Source of the DNA: Candidatus Electrothrix sp. GW3-4
Lineage (GTDB): Bacteria > Desulfobacterota > Desulfobulbia > Desulfobulbales > Desulfobulbaceae
NCBI RefSeq assembly: GCF_037902255.1
Contig: NZ_CP147990.1
Span: 2,160,001-2,192,000, forward strand
Direction: 5' to 3'
DNA length: 32,000 nucleotides
The notes beneath the pieces were generated by a model. It did not search any database. It had not been told where the DNA came from and saw only the letters and a list, made by a program, of their open reading frames with translations. The position numbers and the translations under genes were made by a program. Positions 31,849 through 32,000 of this stretch are shown here, piece after piece; the stretch's first letter is position 1; every line of letters begins with the position of its first letter.

Positions 31849-32000
31849 GGCATTTTGACAGAATCAATAATCGCACGGTTTTCTATGTGACTACCACGCA
31901 AAGCATTTAATATCATTATAAAAGGCAATATGAGGACAAATATATTTCTGAATTTTCGTAGCGTATATGCCCAGTTACGCGCTAAATAATAACGGGAGAA
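31845..32000 (-). CDS. 3' end (51 codons) of a gene continuing beyond the window; hydrophobic C-terminus, possibly a Wzx-like flippase or other polysaccharide-locus membrane protein
   Basis: The frame is open from the window edge (...FSRYYLARNWAYTLRKFRNIFVLILPFIMILNALRG...VKMP). Stop TGA (31845-31847) overlaps the next ATG. It is not in the ORF track because its start lies outside the window. Confidence 0.4.
   Translation of the reverse strand, partial: FSRYYLARNWAYTLRKFRNIFVLILPFIMILNALRGSHIENRAIIDSVKMP

Noticed and set aside
1-32000. Search for CRISPR arrays, tRNA/rRNA/tmRNA genes, retron or DGR-type reverse transcriptases and known multi-gene defence systems
   Set aside because: No regularly spaced direct repeats, no tRNA-like T-arm or acceptor patterns, and no RT, Cas, helicase-nuclease or STAND NTPase ORFs were seen on either strand. 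Only the two type II TA modules were found.

Overview
This is a 32-kb bacterial chromosomal window with two clearly different halves. All family names below come from motif recognition by eye; no searches were run and the taxon cannot be assigned from sequence alone.

nt 1-17,150 is a roughly 50% GC housekeeping core:
- SBF-type transporter fragment, YkgJ-type Cys-cluster protein, PHP-type histidinol phosphatase, hisD, DUF2058 protein and CNNM/CBS membrane protein.
- A single ORF joining MobB to an iron-type alcohol dehydrogenase, a lipoprotein 5'-nucleotidase and trpS.
- Two tandem tatA genes, a RumA/RlmD-type methyltransferase and tatB-tatC.
- Insertions into this core: yefM-yoeB with a perfect 25-bp palindromic operator, a DUF1778/GNAT toxin-antitoxin pair ending 1 nt before tatB, and a solo FGE-domain gene next to a Uma2 nuclease gene.
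- Intergenic spaces carry two families of REP-like hairpins.

nt 17,150-32,000 is visibly AT-rich accessory DNA:
- An orphan secreted two-gene cassette: an STN-like protein with five 31-aa repeats, plus a 4-Cys small protein.
- Surface-polysaccharide genes: a GH5-like hydrolase, a GT26 WecB/TagA transferase, a Wzy/O-antigen-ligase-like protein and a flippase-like fragment.
- These genes are fragmented by mobile DNA:
  - A nested IS: an ISKra4-like element split by a second IS with an 8-bp target duplication.
  - Three diverged IS66-like copies. Two inverted 5' portions bracket the hydrolase gene. The third is frameshifted, carries a 110-bp MITE with a 9-bp target duplication, and reads in frame into the GT26 gene.
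  - A DDE_Tnp_4 transposase stub.
  - An IS3 element whose orfA and orfB are fused by an A8 run.

No rRNA, tRNA or CRISPR was seen, and no recognisable defence system beyond the two TA modules. The best novelty candidates are the orphan secreted cassette, the MITE family and its stub next to the hydrolase gene, the IS-bracketed hydrolase, the MobB::ADH fusion and the covarying hairpin repeats.
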